From Firmicutes bacterium CAG:884 (GTDB lineage Bacteria; Bacillota_I; Bacilli_A; RF39; UBA660), in assembly GCA_000433875.1 (NCBI GenBank), contig HF993345.1, positions 1 to 56,803 on the forward strand: DNA of 56,803 nucleotides, written 5' to 3'. Below the pieces are notes generated by a model. The model was not told the DNA's origin, searched no databases, and was given only the letters and a program-made list of their open reading frames with translations. Below are positions 1 to 9,350 of this stretch, piece by piece (position 1 is the stretch's first letter; each line of letters starts with the position of its first letter). Position numbers and translations under genes: made by a program.

Positions 1-28
1 GTGCTCTAACCAACTGAGCTAATCGCCC
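1..28 (-). tRNA. 5' part of a tRNA gene running off the window edge (isotype undetermined)
   Basis: Reverse complement of 1-28 is GGGCGATTAGCTCAGTTGGTTAGAGCAC: a 7-nt acceptor arm, T8-A9 and a canonical D-arm GCTC/GAGC. The anticodon lies outside the window. Confidence 0.8.
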
Positions 29-79
29 AATAAACTTGACATAAAATAATATATCAAATAATATTATTGTTGTCAAGCA

Positions 80-454
80 TTATTTGTTATCTTGTCGATT
101 TTTTTGCAACTTTTGTTCAATCCATATAGGAAGTTTGTATTCTAAGGTATTAAACCCTAATGGAGTTGCCTTAATTTTTCTTTTTGGTCTTTGTTTAAAA
201 TCACGATAATTAATATTTTTTATACTTAGTTTTAGTTGGGATAGTTCTTCATCTACTTCTAAAATTTCAACATTTATTTCTTCGCCAATTTTAACAAAAT
301 CATGAATATTATGAACAAAATCATGTGATATCTCAGATATATGAATTAAACCACTATAATACTCATCAAGCGAAACAAATACTCCATAACTTTCTATACC
401 GGTAACAGTTGCTTTAACGACTTTCCCTTTCTTATAATCTGCCACTAAAACCAC
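80..454 (-). CDS. S1 RNA-binding domain protein (GSP13/YugI-like)
   Basis: 124-aa ORF with KGKVVKATVTGIESYGVFVSL...GLIHISEISHDFV, a typical S1 OB-fold signature. Confidence 0.8.
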   Translation of the reverse strand: MVLVADYKKGKVVKATVTGIESYGVFVSLDEYYSGLIHISEISHDFVHNIHDFVKIGEEINVEILEVDEELSQLKLSIKNINYRDFKQRPKRKIKATPLGFNTLEYKLPIWIEQKLQKNRQDNK

Positions 455-541
455 TCCATAAAGATTATATCATATTTTCAGCAAAATAAAAAGTCTTTAC
501 TTATCATTTATAAATATTATATAATGGTTTTGGTGAGAGAA

Positions 542-778
542 ATGGAAACAATAGAAAAAATTAAAGAAGTAATAGATTATCTTCGTCCTTTTATTATGAA
601 TGAAGGTGGAAATATAGAATTTGTTAAATATGAAGACAACATTGTCTATGTAAAAATGCAAGGAGCATGTGCCGACTGTAGTATGCAAGATCTAACATTA
701 AAAGATGGATTATTTATGGCAATCAAAGAAGAAGTTCCCGAAGTTAAAGACATTATCAGCGTTCAAGATAATCAATAG
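542..778 (+). CDS. NifU C-terminal-domain (Nfu/YutI-like) Fe-S cluster protein
   Basis: LRPFIMNEGGNIEFV...VKMQGACADCSMQDLTLKDGL carries the CxxC motif. I prefer the ATG at 542 (METIEK), preceded by GGTGAGA, over the ATG at 524, which has no SD. Confidence 0.8.
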   Translation: METIEKIKEVIDYLRPFIMNEGGNIEFVKYEDNIVYVKMQGACADCSMQDLTLKDGLFMAIKEEVPEVKDIISVQDNQ

Positions 779-1637
779 TTGGAAAATCAGTTATAGACTT
801 TACAAACGAATAGAATATTTTTAATAAATATTCTTTTTTTGATGCATCATCTATATACTGATTTATATAACTCTCATCTTTTTCTCCAGCAATTATTTCC
901 TCAAAAGAATTAAAATAATAATTAGGAAATAAAGTACGCACAAACAACAATTTTATTTCCTCTTTATTTAAATTGAACTTTTTAATTATATATTTTAAAT
1001 CATCAATAGAAGTTATATGATTATAATTAGTCTTTAAATATTCTGCAATATCTCTTGTTTTCAAATCAATAACCATATTTATCGGATTCAAAAAGTCTTC
1101 CAATCTCTCATCTTTTGTAATATATTTATGATTAATCGTATATTCTTTTACATCAACTATTTCAAGTAATTGAATAGCGGTTTCAGCAAGTCCACAAAAA
1201 TAAGGAAAACTTTTTCTCAAAGTCGGGTATTTTTTCCCAAACTCACTAATTTGCAATTCCAAATAATCAATCTTTTCACTCCACAAATCATACCATAAAG
1301 GTCTCTTTTTATCCCTCTTACTAACTATAATACTATTTATTATATATAAATCATTTATTATAATTGGTTCCCTTGATTTAACCTGTATTTTTAACAAAAT
1401 ATAATTAATACCATTTATATTAGTTAATATACTATTTTGTTTATTTGGTATAGGTAAATGACACCTAACATTATTTTTTAATAAATCGTTAACAATTTCC
1501 AACAATTCATCTATATTAGTATTATCCATTTTATATAAATAATACGTTTCTCCATCAATTTCAAACCAATGGTAATTAGTATTTTGGTGAACTTCATTTA
1601 CTTTTAAATTATAATAATAAATAATAGCATTTTTCAT
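756..1637 (-). CDS. YutH-like / CotS-family spore coat protein
   Basis: From memory, blocks resemble B. subtilis YutH: WYDLWSEKIDYLE, SFPYFCGLAETAIQLL, RDIAEYLK, LLFVRTLFPNYYF. It lies next to a yutI-like gene, as in Bacillus. The 3' end overlaps the convergent Nfu gene by 23 nt. Confidence 0.6.
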   Translation of the reverse strand: MKNAIIYYYNLKVNEVHQNTNYHWFEIDGETYYLYKMDNTNIDELLEIVNDLLKNNVRCHLPIPNKQNSILTNINGINYILLKIQVKSREPIIINDLYIINSIIVSKRDKKRPLWYDLWSEKIDYLELQISEFGKKYPTLRKSFPYFCGLAETAIQLLEIVDVKEYTINHKYITKDERLEDFLNPINMVIDLKTRDIAEYLKTNYNHITSIDDLKYIIKKFNLNKEEIKLLFVRTLFPNYYFNSFEEIIAGEKDESYINQYIDDASKKEYLLKIFYSFVKSITDFPTIDYLER

Positions 1638-1689
1638 AAGTTCACCTCATTATAATTTTATGTTTATAGTGTACAAAAAAAGAACATTT

Positions 1690-2412
1690 TTATTGTTCTT
1701 TTAATATTTCGCAAATTCTATTTAATTTATCTTTAATTTTTTCAATCTCTGCTTTTAAATTCTCTTCATTAGATACTTCATTTTCATATTTAATTTCTGG
1801 CATAACAGGTTGTACTGGTTCATTAACAGGTTCAACAGTAATTGTTGGCTCCTCTTTAGGTTCAGTTACAACAGGTATTTCAGGTTCACTTGGAGTATCA
1901 ATAGTAGCTTCAACTGTAGGTTCTACCTTTGGTTCATCAACAGCAGGAACTACAGGACTTACTTCTGGTTCAACATTTATTACAGGATTTACTTTTATTT
2001 CAGGTATTACAGGAGCTTCAACTTCTATTTCTTTTGAGTTTTCAATTACAAAATTCTTATTAGCTTCAAGTGTAGGAATATTGTCAGCTTTTAACTTAAT
2101 AATTCTCTTATCTTCAATACGAATATTGTTTAAAGATTTTTCATCTAAATCAGGTATTTCAACAGGCATATTCGCTCTATTAGCTTTAACGATTTCTTGA
2201 ATTAATCTCTTTACTTCATCCCATTCTTCATCAGGTACTTTAATTCCTGTTAAAACTGGTTCATCTAAAACTTTTACAATATATATTCTTTGTAATTCTC
2301 CTTCAATTTCACCCATTGTGTATATTAGATACTTATTTTCATTATTTTTAATATATCTTACTACACTTACTTCTCTTGCATTACCATTTTCATTAATTGC
2401 TATTCTTTCCAT
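1690..2412 (-). CDS. Hypothetical protein: DUF1292-like N-terminus, Pro/Glu/Val-rich linker, C-terminal coiled coil
   Basis: 240-aa ORF. A low-complexity PEIKVNPVINVEPEVSPVVPAVDEPKVEP segment produces the antisense shadow ORF 1810..2037. Confidence 0.6.
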   Translation of the reverse strand: MERIAINENGNAREVSVVRYIKNNENKYLIYTMGEIEGELQRIYIVKVLDEPVLTGIKVPDEEWDEVKRLIQEIVKANRANMPVEIPDLDEKSLNNIRIEDKRIIKLKADNIPTLEANKNFVIENSKEIEVEAPVIPEIKVNPVINVEPEVSPVVPAVDEPKVEPTVEATIDTPSEPEIPVVTEPKEEPTITVEPVNEPVQPVMPEIKYENEVSNEENLKAEIEKIKDKLNRICEILKEQ

Positions 2413-2480
2413 AATACTCTCCCTCTTATTCTATCTACAACTAGTATATCAAAGTTTATAAATTATTTCAATATCTATTT

Positions 2481-3233
2481 TTAATTTTCTTTATTTTTTT
2501 GGATCTTATATGCTATTTTTCTAACCAAACTCCTTGGAAGTAGCCTCAAGGCAAATACTCCCATTTTTATTTTAAAGCCTGGTATAATAACAACTTTCTT
2601 TTTAAACATTTGCTTTACAGCATATTTAGCAACATCATAACTTTCTAAGGATTCTAAATTAAATGAAACCCCAGCAACTTTATTAAAATTTGTGCTTACA
2701 GGCCCCGGACATAATGCACATATAAAAACATTACTTTTTTTTCTTCTTAGTTCTTCATTAATAGATTCTGTTAAATGTAAAACATATGCTTTTGTTGCAT
2801 AATATGTTGCCATTAAAGGTCCAGGCATAAAAGCAGCTGATGATGCAACATTTAATATATAACCTTTATCTTTCTTTACAAAATCTTTTAAGAAAAGTTT
2901 AGTTAATGTATGAACTGTTTTAACATTTAATTCTATCATATCTAGTTCTTTATCTAATTTAGTACAACAAAACTCACCAAACAAACCAAAGCCAGCATTA
3001 TTTACTAACACATCAATATTTTTTTTCTTAACTAAATTATATAATTCTGTACAATTATATGTACTAGATATATCCATTGGAATAATTTCAGCATTTGTTT
3101 TTAATTCTTTCGCTAAAACTTCCATTTTTCTTTTATTACGTGCAACAAGTATAAGATCATAACCCTTATCGCTTAATATTCTTGCCATATCAGCGCCTAT
3201 TCCTGAGCTTGCACCTGTTATTAATGCTACCAT
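2481..3233 (-). CDS. Short-chain dehydrogenase/reductase (SDR) family oxidoreductase
   Basis: TGASSGIG cofactor motif, NNAG, and the YxxxK catalytic motif (YYATKAY). The ATG at 3233 is preferred over the upstream TTG. Confidence 0.85.
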   Translation of the reverse strand: MVALITGASSGIGADMARILSDKGYDLILVARNKRKMEVLAKELKTNAEIIPMDISSTYNCTELYNLVKKKNIDVLVNNAGFGLFGEFCCTKLDKELDMIELNVKTVHTLTKLFLKDFVKKDKGYILNVASSAAFMPGPLMATYYATKAYVLHLTESINEELRRKKSNVFICALCPGPVSTNFNKVAGVSFNLESLESYDVAKYAVKQMFKKKVVIIPGFKIKMGVFALRLLPRSLVRKIAYKIQKNKEN

Positions 3234-3307
3234 ATAATCACCATCCAAAAAGATTATAGCACATTTTACTTTTTATTGATATTCTTTTTACAAAATTCGA
3301 CAAACTT

Positions 3308-3589
3308 TTACTTATATTCCTTAGACCATATATTATTTAAAGCTTTTTGTATTTCAGGAATATTCTCATAATTATTAATTTTTTCCAATATAAAGTTATC
3401 ATCTTTTAAAGTAACTTTTGATACATACAAATTAAACTTATTATCTTTATCAAGTGTGTAATCAGTATATATGATTATAGGTTCTTCATTTTGTTGAACA
3501 ACTGCTAATGTATCACACACTACTTCTATTCCGTTATCATTTGTTATTGTAAATGAATATTCTGGATTCAACATATTTTTATCTATCAT
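3308..3589 (-). CDS. Small DUF1292-like protein
   Basis: 93 aa. The pattern NDNGIEVVCDTLAVV...IIIYTDY resembles YrzB-type DUF1292 proteins. ATGA start/stop overlap with the upstream ORF. Confidence 0.45.
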   Translation of the reverse strand: MIDKNMLNPEYSFTITNDNGIEVVCDTLAVVQQNEEPIIIYTDYTLDKDNKFNLYVSKVTLKDDNFILEKINNYENIPEIQKALNNIWSKEYK

Positions 3590-4221
3590 ATTTTTCTTAC
3601 TCCTTTTTCTGTTTGTCTTAACAATAATGATAATTCATCACCTAAAATTTTTCCCATATTATTTATCATTTTTCCTTGATAACTTCCTTCTGGATTAATT
3701 ATTTTAGAAAATAAATATACTGGTATATGTAAAGGCTGAACAGCTAAACGAGCTGCATATTGTATGCCATAACTACTTAGTCTTAAAACTACCATTATTG
3801 GTGCTTTTAAAGCAGTAGCGCCTAATGATAAAGTATTTCCAACAGTATTAGTTGCATTTTTTATAAGTTCACCATTTGATCTAGATTCAACAACAGATCT
3901 AGCATTAGTTGCAAGTCTTCTAAACTTAAGAGCAAGTTCATTTGATATTTGATTAACAACACTTATATTTTTATCCGCTTTTACTTTTTTAATCCTTTCA
4001 TTTACCTGACTTTTATGTAAATCTGCTTCTTGTCTTATTAAAGTTTGAATCCTTGCCTTTACACCTAAATCAGTTTCAAGATTATATTCTTTTACATATG
4101 CTCTTAATATTCTTCCTCTAGTTATTGTTATTTCTTTTTCATTTATAATAGGATCATTCAAATAATTTTTTAACTGTGATTGAAGATATATTCTTTGATT
4201 TCTTACCTCTTGTAAACTCAT
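3586..4221 (-). CDS. Hypothetical protein (N-terminal coiled coil, hydrophobic C-terminal half)
   Basis: 211-aa ORF with no motif I recognise, translationally coupled to 3308..3589. Confidence 0.5.
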   Translation of the reverse strand: MSLQEVRNQRIYLQSQLKNYLNDPIINEKEITITRGRILRAYVKEYNLETDLGVKARIQTLIRQEADLHKSQVNERIKKVKADKNISVVNQISNELALKFRRLATNARSVVESRSNGELIKNATNTVGNTLSLGATALKAPIMVVLRLSSYGIQYAARLAVQPLHIPVYLFSKIINPEGSYQGKMINNMGKILGDELSLLLRQTEKGVRKI

Positions 4222-4292
4222 ATATACACCTACCTTCTATCTAATTATATCATATTTCTAATTATTCATAAATAAATTTATTAATTTACTTT

Positions 4293-4796
4293 CTATAATC
4301 TTCTTCTATGCTCTTCAACACATTCGTTTTCAAAAGCTCGATTTTTTTCCATTTCTTCAACTTGCCTAATTGAATATATTTCTTCATATAAATCAACATC
4401 ATCATTTGTTGTTTTTTCCTTATCACGCTTTAAACCCTTTAGATCCATTTCAATTTTTATTTCGTTTTGTTCATCAATTATATGTTTAAATTTTTCAAAA
4501 TAATTTGGGATAGGTTTTTCTTTATTTTGTCTAAATAAATTCTTTATTTCTACGTCTAAAGCGTTATATCTTTCTTTTAATGATTCAGGAATTTTGTTTT
4601 GTTTTTTTTCATCACTAGTACTAATCCTTTGTGTATTGACATTTTTATTACTTAAGGCATCTATATATTCATTATATAAGCCATTTCCTTTTTTATCAAT
4701 CAATACTTGTTTTGAACCAATACAAGCAAGACTATTACCATACATTAATGAAACATCAACATTTCCATCTTTAATGCTTACAACAAATTTTTCCAT
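4293..4796 (-). CDS. Hypothetical protein
   Basis: 167-aa ORF, Lys/Glu-rich, with no recognisable motif. Confidence 0.5.
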   Translation of the reverse strand: MEKFVVSIKDGNVDVSLMYGNSLACIGSKQVLIDKKGNGLYNEYIDALSNKNVNTQRISTSDEKKQNKIPESLKERYNALDVEIKNLFRQNKEKPIPNYFEKFKHIIDEQNEIKIEMDLKGLKRDKEKTTNDDVDLYEEIYSIRQVEEMEKNRAFENECVEEHRRRL

Positions 4797-4840
4797 TGTT
4801 TTTTTTGCTTTTTCTTCATACTTTTTTCTTTCTTCGGCAC

Positions 4841-5650
4841 TTAACTCTTTATATTTTTTTCAAAATAATAATAAAGAGCATTTTCAGAAATATTTGATTC
4901 ATCTTCTACATCACATTCATCACTTTTTCTATGATCATCGATTATTTTATCAATCATTTCTTTTGATAACATTGGTTCTAATTCTTCCCTATATTTTGCT
5001 TTTGACAAAAAATTAAATCTTTTTACTGAAACATTCGCGAACATAGTTCCATCAATTTTATCCATTGGTTTACCACAAATAGCACCATCAACTTGACCTA
5101 TATATTTGCACAAATTAACATTTTGTATTTTTTCCAACTTAGTTACATTATTTAATACTTCTACCCTATCAGGATAAACAGCAACATATACATAAATAGG
5201 GTTGCTTTTTGCAAAATCTATAATTGGAAGTTCAACTTTTTCAAGTCTAATTAAGTTTTCTTTATCAGATATACTTGTTAAAGCCATTTCATCGCAATAT
5301 GAAATTCCCTTTAAAAAAGATTTAAGTTCTCTTTCGTGTTTTAAAAGTACATCACGTTTATCTAATGTCTTTTTAATATTTATACTATTTGTATCGCCAA
5401 AACTAAAAAATCCTGTATAAGATTTATGAACTAAAGTATTTGTAAATTGATCTCTCACCTCGCCAAAACGATTGACAATATATTTTGATCCATTAAAATC
5501 AATGACAAAATTATTCGCATCAGTATATATACTTAATTTATTTTTTATGTCACGGTATTCTTTAAACTTAGATAAAGTAATTTCTCTTATTTTTTTGTCT
5601 CTTATATTCTTTATAATATTTTTTTCAATTTTCGTAATAAAATTATTCAT
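4841..5650 (-). CDS. Hypothetical protein
   Basis: 269-aa ORF with no recognisable motif, on the same strand as its neighbours. Confidence 0.5.
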   Translation of the reverse strand: MNNFITKIEKNIIKNIRDKKIREITLSKFKEYRDIKNKLSIYTDANNFVIDFNGSKYIVNRFGEVRDQFTNTLVHKSYTGFFSFGDTNSINIKKTLDKRDVLLKHERELKSFLKGISYCDEMALTSISDKENLIRLEKVELPIIDFAKSNPIYVYVAVYPDRVEVLNNVTKLEKIQNVNLCKYIGQVDGAICGKPMDKIDGTMFANVSVKRFNFLSKAKYREELEPMLSKEMIDKIIDDHRKSDECDVEDESNISENALYYYFEKNIKS

Positions 5651-5743
5651 CCATTCTTCATCTTTAACAGGAGCATAACTTAATTCTTCTAAAATTTCTT
5701 CATAATCCTCAAAAGAATTTATTAAATGAGAATGTATATTATT

Positions 5744-6403
5744 CTAAATTATATATCTTTGAGCAGATATATAATCTTCATCTTTTACAGCATCACCAAT
5801 TTTGTAAGAAGTATTCGCAAATTTTTCTTGATATAAACTAACATAATTATAAAAATCGTTCCACATTGAACTTGTATGCATTGAATCTATTCCACCTTGC
5901 AAAAATAAAGAAAAATTATTAGCCTTATTCATTAAAATATTTGCAAATTCCATCATTCTTACTTGTGGTTCATAAGAACGACTAATAGGATATATTTGTC
6001 TTGTAAACATCTCTGTTTGAGCTTCATTAATAAAACCAGAAGGAACACTTTTGTCGTTCATTACAAGAAAATGAGTAAATTCATGACATAGCGTAGGCTC
6101 TAGATGAGGTTTTTCAAGAAGTCCTTCATCAATACATATACATTGTTTAGCTTTACTATAAAACCCCAAAGCACCTATTTTAGAAGGTTCATCACTTACA
6201 TATATTTTAAAGTTCTTACCAATTAAATTTTCTTCAAAAAAAGTCTTATAATCTCTTTAAGTGGTATAACCATTAGCATTAAAATATGCTTGCAATTTTT
6301 TTACTACTCTTTTAAAAGGAGCTTTTAATCTAGTATCTATTTTTATTTCATTTAATACATCATCACTTATTAAATTTACAAAACTTTTATCATCCATAAA
6401 CAT
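5744..6403 (-). pseudogene. HExxH zinc-metallopeptidase-like gene interrupted by an in-frame TAA
   Basis: An ATG at 6403 with SD AGGTGA opens a frame of 48 codons, followed by TAA at 6257..6259. The same frame then continues straight into the listed ORF 5744..6169, which contains CHEFTHF. Confidence 0.65.
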
Positions 6404-6499
6404 CACCTATCTTATAATAAGTATATCATGTATAATTCTAAATATAAAGATTTCAAAGTTAAAATTTTGATTTTTTTATGTTTTTTGCTATTATAAATG

Positions 6500-6660
6500 G
6501 CAATCGGTAAAGACGGAGTATAACAGGCACTTAGAGTGCGTTTTTGTGAATGTCTACCATATGATTATTTATTAATTCGGTTGTAGATAATGGAACGAAG
6601 GAGTTCGGATGATTAAGCATGTAGGAATATAAGTGGTCGAATATGGTTTAACCGAAATAT
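6500..6660 (+). ncRNA. Candidate IS110 bridge (seeker) RNA in the left non-coding end
   Basis: About 160 nt immediately upstream of the transposase is visibly more G+C-rich than its flanks. A TATTATAAAT -10-like box lies at about 6489. A 7-bp closing stem pairs TTCGGTT (6576-6582) with AACCGAA (6650-6656), and there are shorter internal stems. Confidence 0.45.
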
Positions 6661-6679
6661 TATGAAAGGAGAAATTTTT

Positions 6680-7867
6680 ATGAAACATATTTTAAGTTTT
6701 GATATTGCTAAAGGTAAAAGTGTTTATTGTTTTATTGATGAATTAAGAAATGTAATTATTGGTGCTTCTTTAATTGAACATAAAAAAGATGAATTTGATT
6801 TATTATTTAATAAAGTTAAAAATTATTCTAATTTAATTGTTATTATGGAATCTACCTCAATTTATCATTTACCAGTTGAAAATTATTTCAGATCTAAAGG
6901 TATAGATACAGTTGTTATCAACCCTAAACTAGTTAAACAATTTAAAGATACTTTAAATAAATCTAAAACTGATAAACTAGATTGTTTTAAAATTGCTAGA
7001 TGTTTTTTAGGTACTATTGATAATTTTTATCAAAAACAAGATGAATATTTTATGTACAATCCTCTTGCCAGACAATATTGGTCTTTAATTGAAGGACAAA
7101 CTAGATTGAAAAATAGATATAAACAACTTATTGATATTGTTTTTCCTGAATTTGCTTTAATTTTCAACGATTTATATGATGATTTAGCTTTAAATTTTAT
7201 TCACGATTTTCCTCATCCAGTATTATTTGTTAATCGTAGAATTGATTATTTAATGAATTATTTAAAGGAAAAAAATGGGACTACTCAAGCTTATAGATTT
7301 AAGAATAAAGTTTTAAAAATGAAAGAACTTGCTTCAAATTCTTTATGTTTTGTTGCTTTTGATTCTTATCAAGTTCAAAATTTAGTTCAAGTAATTGAAA
7401 TGATTCAATATCACAAGTCTGAGATAAATAAAATTAAAAATCAACTTATTAATGAAATGAAAGATAAAAAACTTTTTAAAATTATTAATTCTATTCCTGG
7501 ATTTGGTGAATTTTCAACTGCTTTATTTCTAGCTGAAGTTGGTGATATTACTAGATTTGATGATAAATATCAGTTTATTTCTTTTATCGGAATTGATTCA
7601 GTTACTTCACAATCTGGTGTTTCTGCTTATCATGGTCCAATTTCTAAAACAGGTTGTAAATTTGGAAGAACTATTTTATTTAATATAGTTACAACTATAT
7701 TACAAATATCTGCTCACACAGACAAAACTAATCCTATTTATTTGTTTTTCAGAAAAAAACAATCCGAAGGTAAACATCATTACAAGTGTATAATTGCTTG
7801 CGAAACCAAATTATGCAAAATTATATACAAGTTATGTTCTTCCGATTGTTTATACGAAAACAAATAG
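6680..7867 (+). CDS. IS110-family transposase/recombinase
   Basis: MKHILSFDIAKGKS N-terminus (DEDD RuvC-like) and a C-terminal IPGFGEFSTALFLAEVGDITRF...ISKTGCKFGR block typical of IS110/IS116/IS902. The ATG at 6680 follows SD AAAGGAG. Confidence 0.9.
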   Translation: MKHILSFDIAKGKSVYCFIDELRNVIIGASLIEHKKDEFDLLFNKVKNYSNLIVIMESTSIYHLPVENYFRSKGIDTVVINPKLVKQFKDTLNKSKTDKLDCFKIARCFLGTIDNFYQKQDEYFMYNPLARQYWSLIEGQTRLKNRYKQLIDIVFPEFALIFNDLYDDLALNFIHDFPHPVLFVNRRIDYLMNYLKEKNGTTQAYRFKNKVLKMKELASNSLCFVAFDSYQVQNLVQVIEMIQYHKSEINKIKNQLINEMKDKKLFKIINSIPGFGEFSTALFLAEVGDITRFDDKYQFISFIGIDSVTSQSGVSAYHGPISKTGCKFGRTILFNIVTTILQISAHTDKTNPIYLFFRKKQSEGKHHYKCIIACETKLCKIIYKLCSSDCLYENK

Positions 7868-8002
7868 ACTAATTTACCAAAATTTTTAAAAATTGAGGAA
7901 TCTCAGTTCTTTTTGTCGTGATTATAATATCACATTTTTTTAAATTTGACAAAACTTAGATAATCATAATTTATAATGCATTTCTAGAATTTAGAAAAAT
8001 TT

Positions 8003-8031
8003 CACAAAAAAAGAAGGCTTATTTGCCTTCT
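8003..8031 (-). terminator. Intrinsic terminator of the ribosomal superoperon
   Basis: On the minus strand, AGAAGGC-AAATAA-GCCTTCT is followed by a T7 run. The hairpin overlaps the rplQ stop codon. Confidence 0.8.
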
Positions 8032-8366
8032 ACTAACTCTAATATAACCATTAAAGCATCATCACCTTGACGGTTATCTAATTTATACATTCTTGTGTAT
8101 CCACCATTTCTTTCTGCATAACGAGGAGCTAGTACATCAAATACCTTTTTAACTGCTTCATTATCGTTATGTAAGAAAGCTAGTGCTTTTCTTCTTGATA
8201 CTAAAGAACCATTCTTACCATATGTAATCATTTTATCAACGAACTTACGAACTTCTTTAGCTCTTGTTTCAGTTGTTTCAATTCTTTCATTCATTATAAG
8301 ATCTTTAGTTAAGTTAGCAAGCATACTTCTTCTATGCTTGTTAGTACGTCCTAATTTTCTATACAT
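8019..8366 (-). CDS. rplQ: 50S ribosomal protein L17
   Basis: [19 protein letters not shown], with conserved position after rpoA. Confidence 0.97.
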   Translation of the reverse strand: MYRKLGRTNKHRRSMLANLTKDLIMNERIETTETRAKEVRKFVDKMITYGKNGSLVSRRKALAFLHNDNEAVKKVFDVLAPRYAERNGGYTRMYKLDNRQGDDALMVILELVEGK

Positions 8367-8380
8367 TTTCTTCCTCCTTG

Positions 8381-9331
8381 TTAGTCTTCTTCGCGGAATT
8401 TAAGTCCCATATCTTTAATTTTATCAATTACTTCTTTTAAAGACTTCTTACCTAAATTACGAATTTTCATCATTTCTAATTCTGATTTTTCTGTTAAATC
8501 ACCAAGTGTATTAATGCCCGCTCTTTTTAAACAATTGTATGCACGAACAGAGAAGTCTAAATCATCAATAGAAGTTTCTAATTTCTTTAATTTTGTATCT
8601 TCTTGTTTAGCATTCATAACTCCTGTTGTATCTGCTATTTCATTAATATCAGCTACTATACTCATATGTTCGATAATTATTTTAGCGCCTAATGCCATTG
8701 CCTCTTCGGGTTTAAAAGCACCATTTGTTGCAACATTCATTATAAGTTTATCATAATTAGAATCTTGACCAACACGAGCTGTTTCTATTTCATAACTAAT
8801 TCTTTCGATTGGTGAAAATGATGAATCCATTGGAATATATCCAACTTTTCTACCTTCAATGTACTTCTTATTATCGTTTGCTAGAACATATCCACGTCCA
8901 TTAGCAACTACTAATTCCATTGAAAGTTTTCCACCTTTCGCAAGTGTCGCAATTTCTTGATCAGGATTAATAATTTCAATATCACTATCGTGTTCAATAT
9001 TACGAGCAGTTACTAAACCTTCTTCACTTGCTTCTAGATGCATTACTTTTACATCATCACTTGCATTTTTAACAACAACATTCTTTAAATTTAGAATAAT
9101 TTGTGTTACATCTTCAATAACGCCATCAATCGCTTGGAATTCATGCATTACACCATCAATCCAAACAGCAACAATAGCTGATCCTGGCATACTCGATAGC
9201 ATTACTCTTCTTAGTGCATTTCCAATTGTTGTACCAAAACCTCTCTCTAAAGGTTCTAGTTCAAATTTACCAAAATTATTTTTTTCTTCATATTCAGTAA
9301 TTTTATAAAGTGGTTTTTCAAAATTTAACAT
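8381..9331 (-). CDS. rpoA: DNA-directed RNA polymerase alpha subunit
   Basis: [28 protein letters not shown] and a C-terminal domain [16 protein letters not shown]. Start moved to the ATG at 9331 (MLNFEKP), behind an AAGGAG SD. Confidence 0.97.
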   Translation of the reverse strand: MLNFEKPLYKITEYEEKNNFGKFELEPLERGFGTTIGNALRRVMLSSMPGSAIVAVWIDGVMHEFQAIDGVIEDVTQIILNLKNVVVKNASDDVKVMHLEASEEGLVTARNIEHDSDIEIINPDQEIATLAKGGKLSMELVVANGRGYVLANDNKKYIEGRKVGYIPMDSSFSPIERISYEIETARVGQDSNYDKLIMNVATNGAFKPEEAMALGAKIIIEHMSIVADINEIADTTGVMNAKQEDTKLKKLETSIDDLDFSVRAYNCLKRAGINTLGDLTEKSELEMMKIRNLGKKSLKEVIDKIKDMGLKFREED

Positions 9332-9350
9332 TAAACAACACTCCTTTTCT

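Larger units (their letters stand above)
6480..7965 (+). mobile_element. IS110-family insertion sequence (boundaries approximate)
   Basis: A DEDD-type IS110 transposase ORF has a long, relatively G+C-rich upstream non-coding end and a short downstream end. A TTGACA box at 7947..7952 is consistent with the split junction promoter of IS110 circles. There are no terminal inverted repeats, as expected for this family. Confidence 0.55.

Noticed and set aside
497-688. A 63-aa minus-strand ORF overlaps the Nfu gene.
   Set aside because: It is antisense to a well-conserved NifU-like CDS and its translation is Phe/Ile/Tyr-rich low-complexity sequence, so it is a shadow ORF.
7947-7978. TTGACA ... TATAAT downstream of the IS110 transposase was considered as a conventional outward-reading promoter.
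   Set aside because: The spacer is 20 nt, too long for a functional sigma-A promoter. The -35 box alone fits better as half of a circle-junction promoter, which is reported separately.
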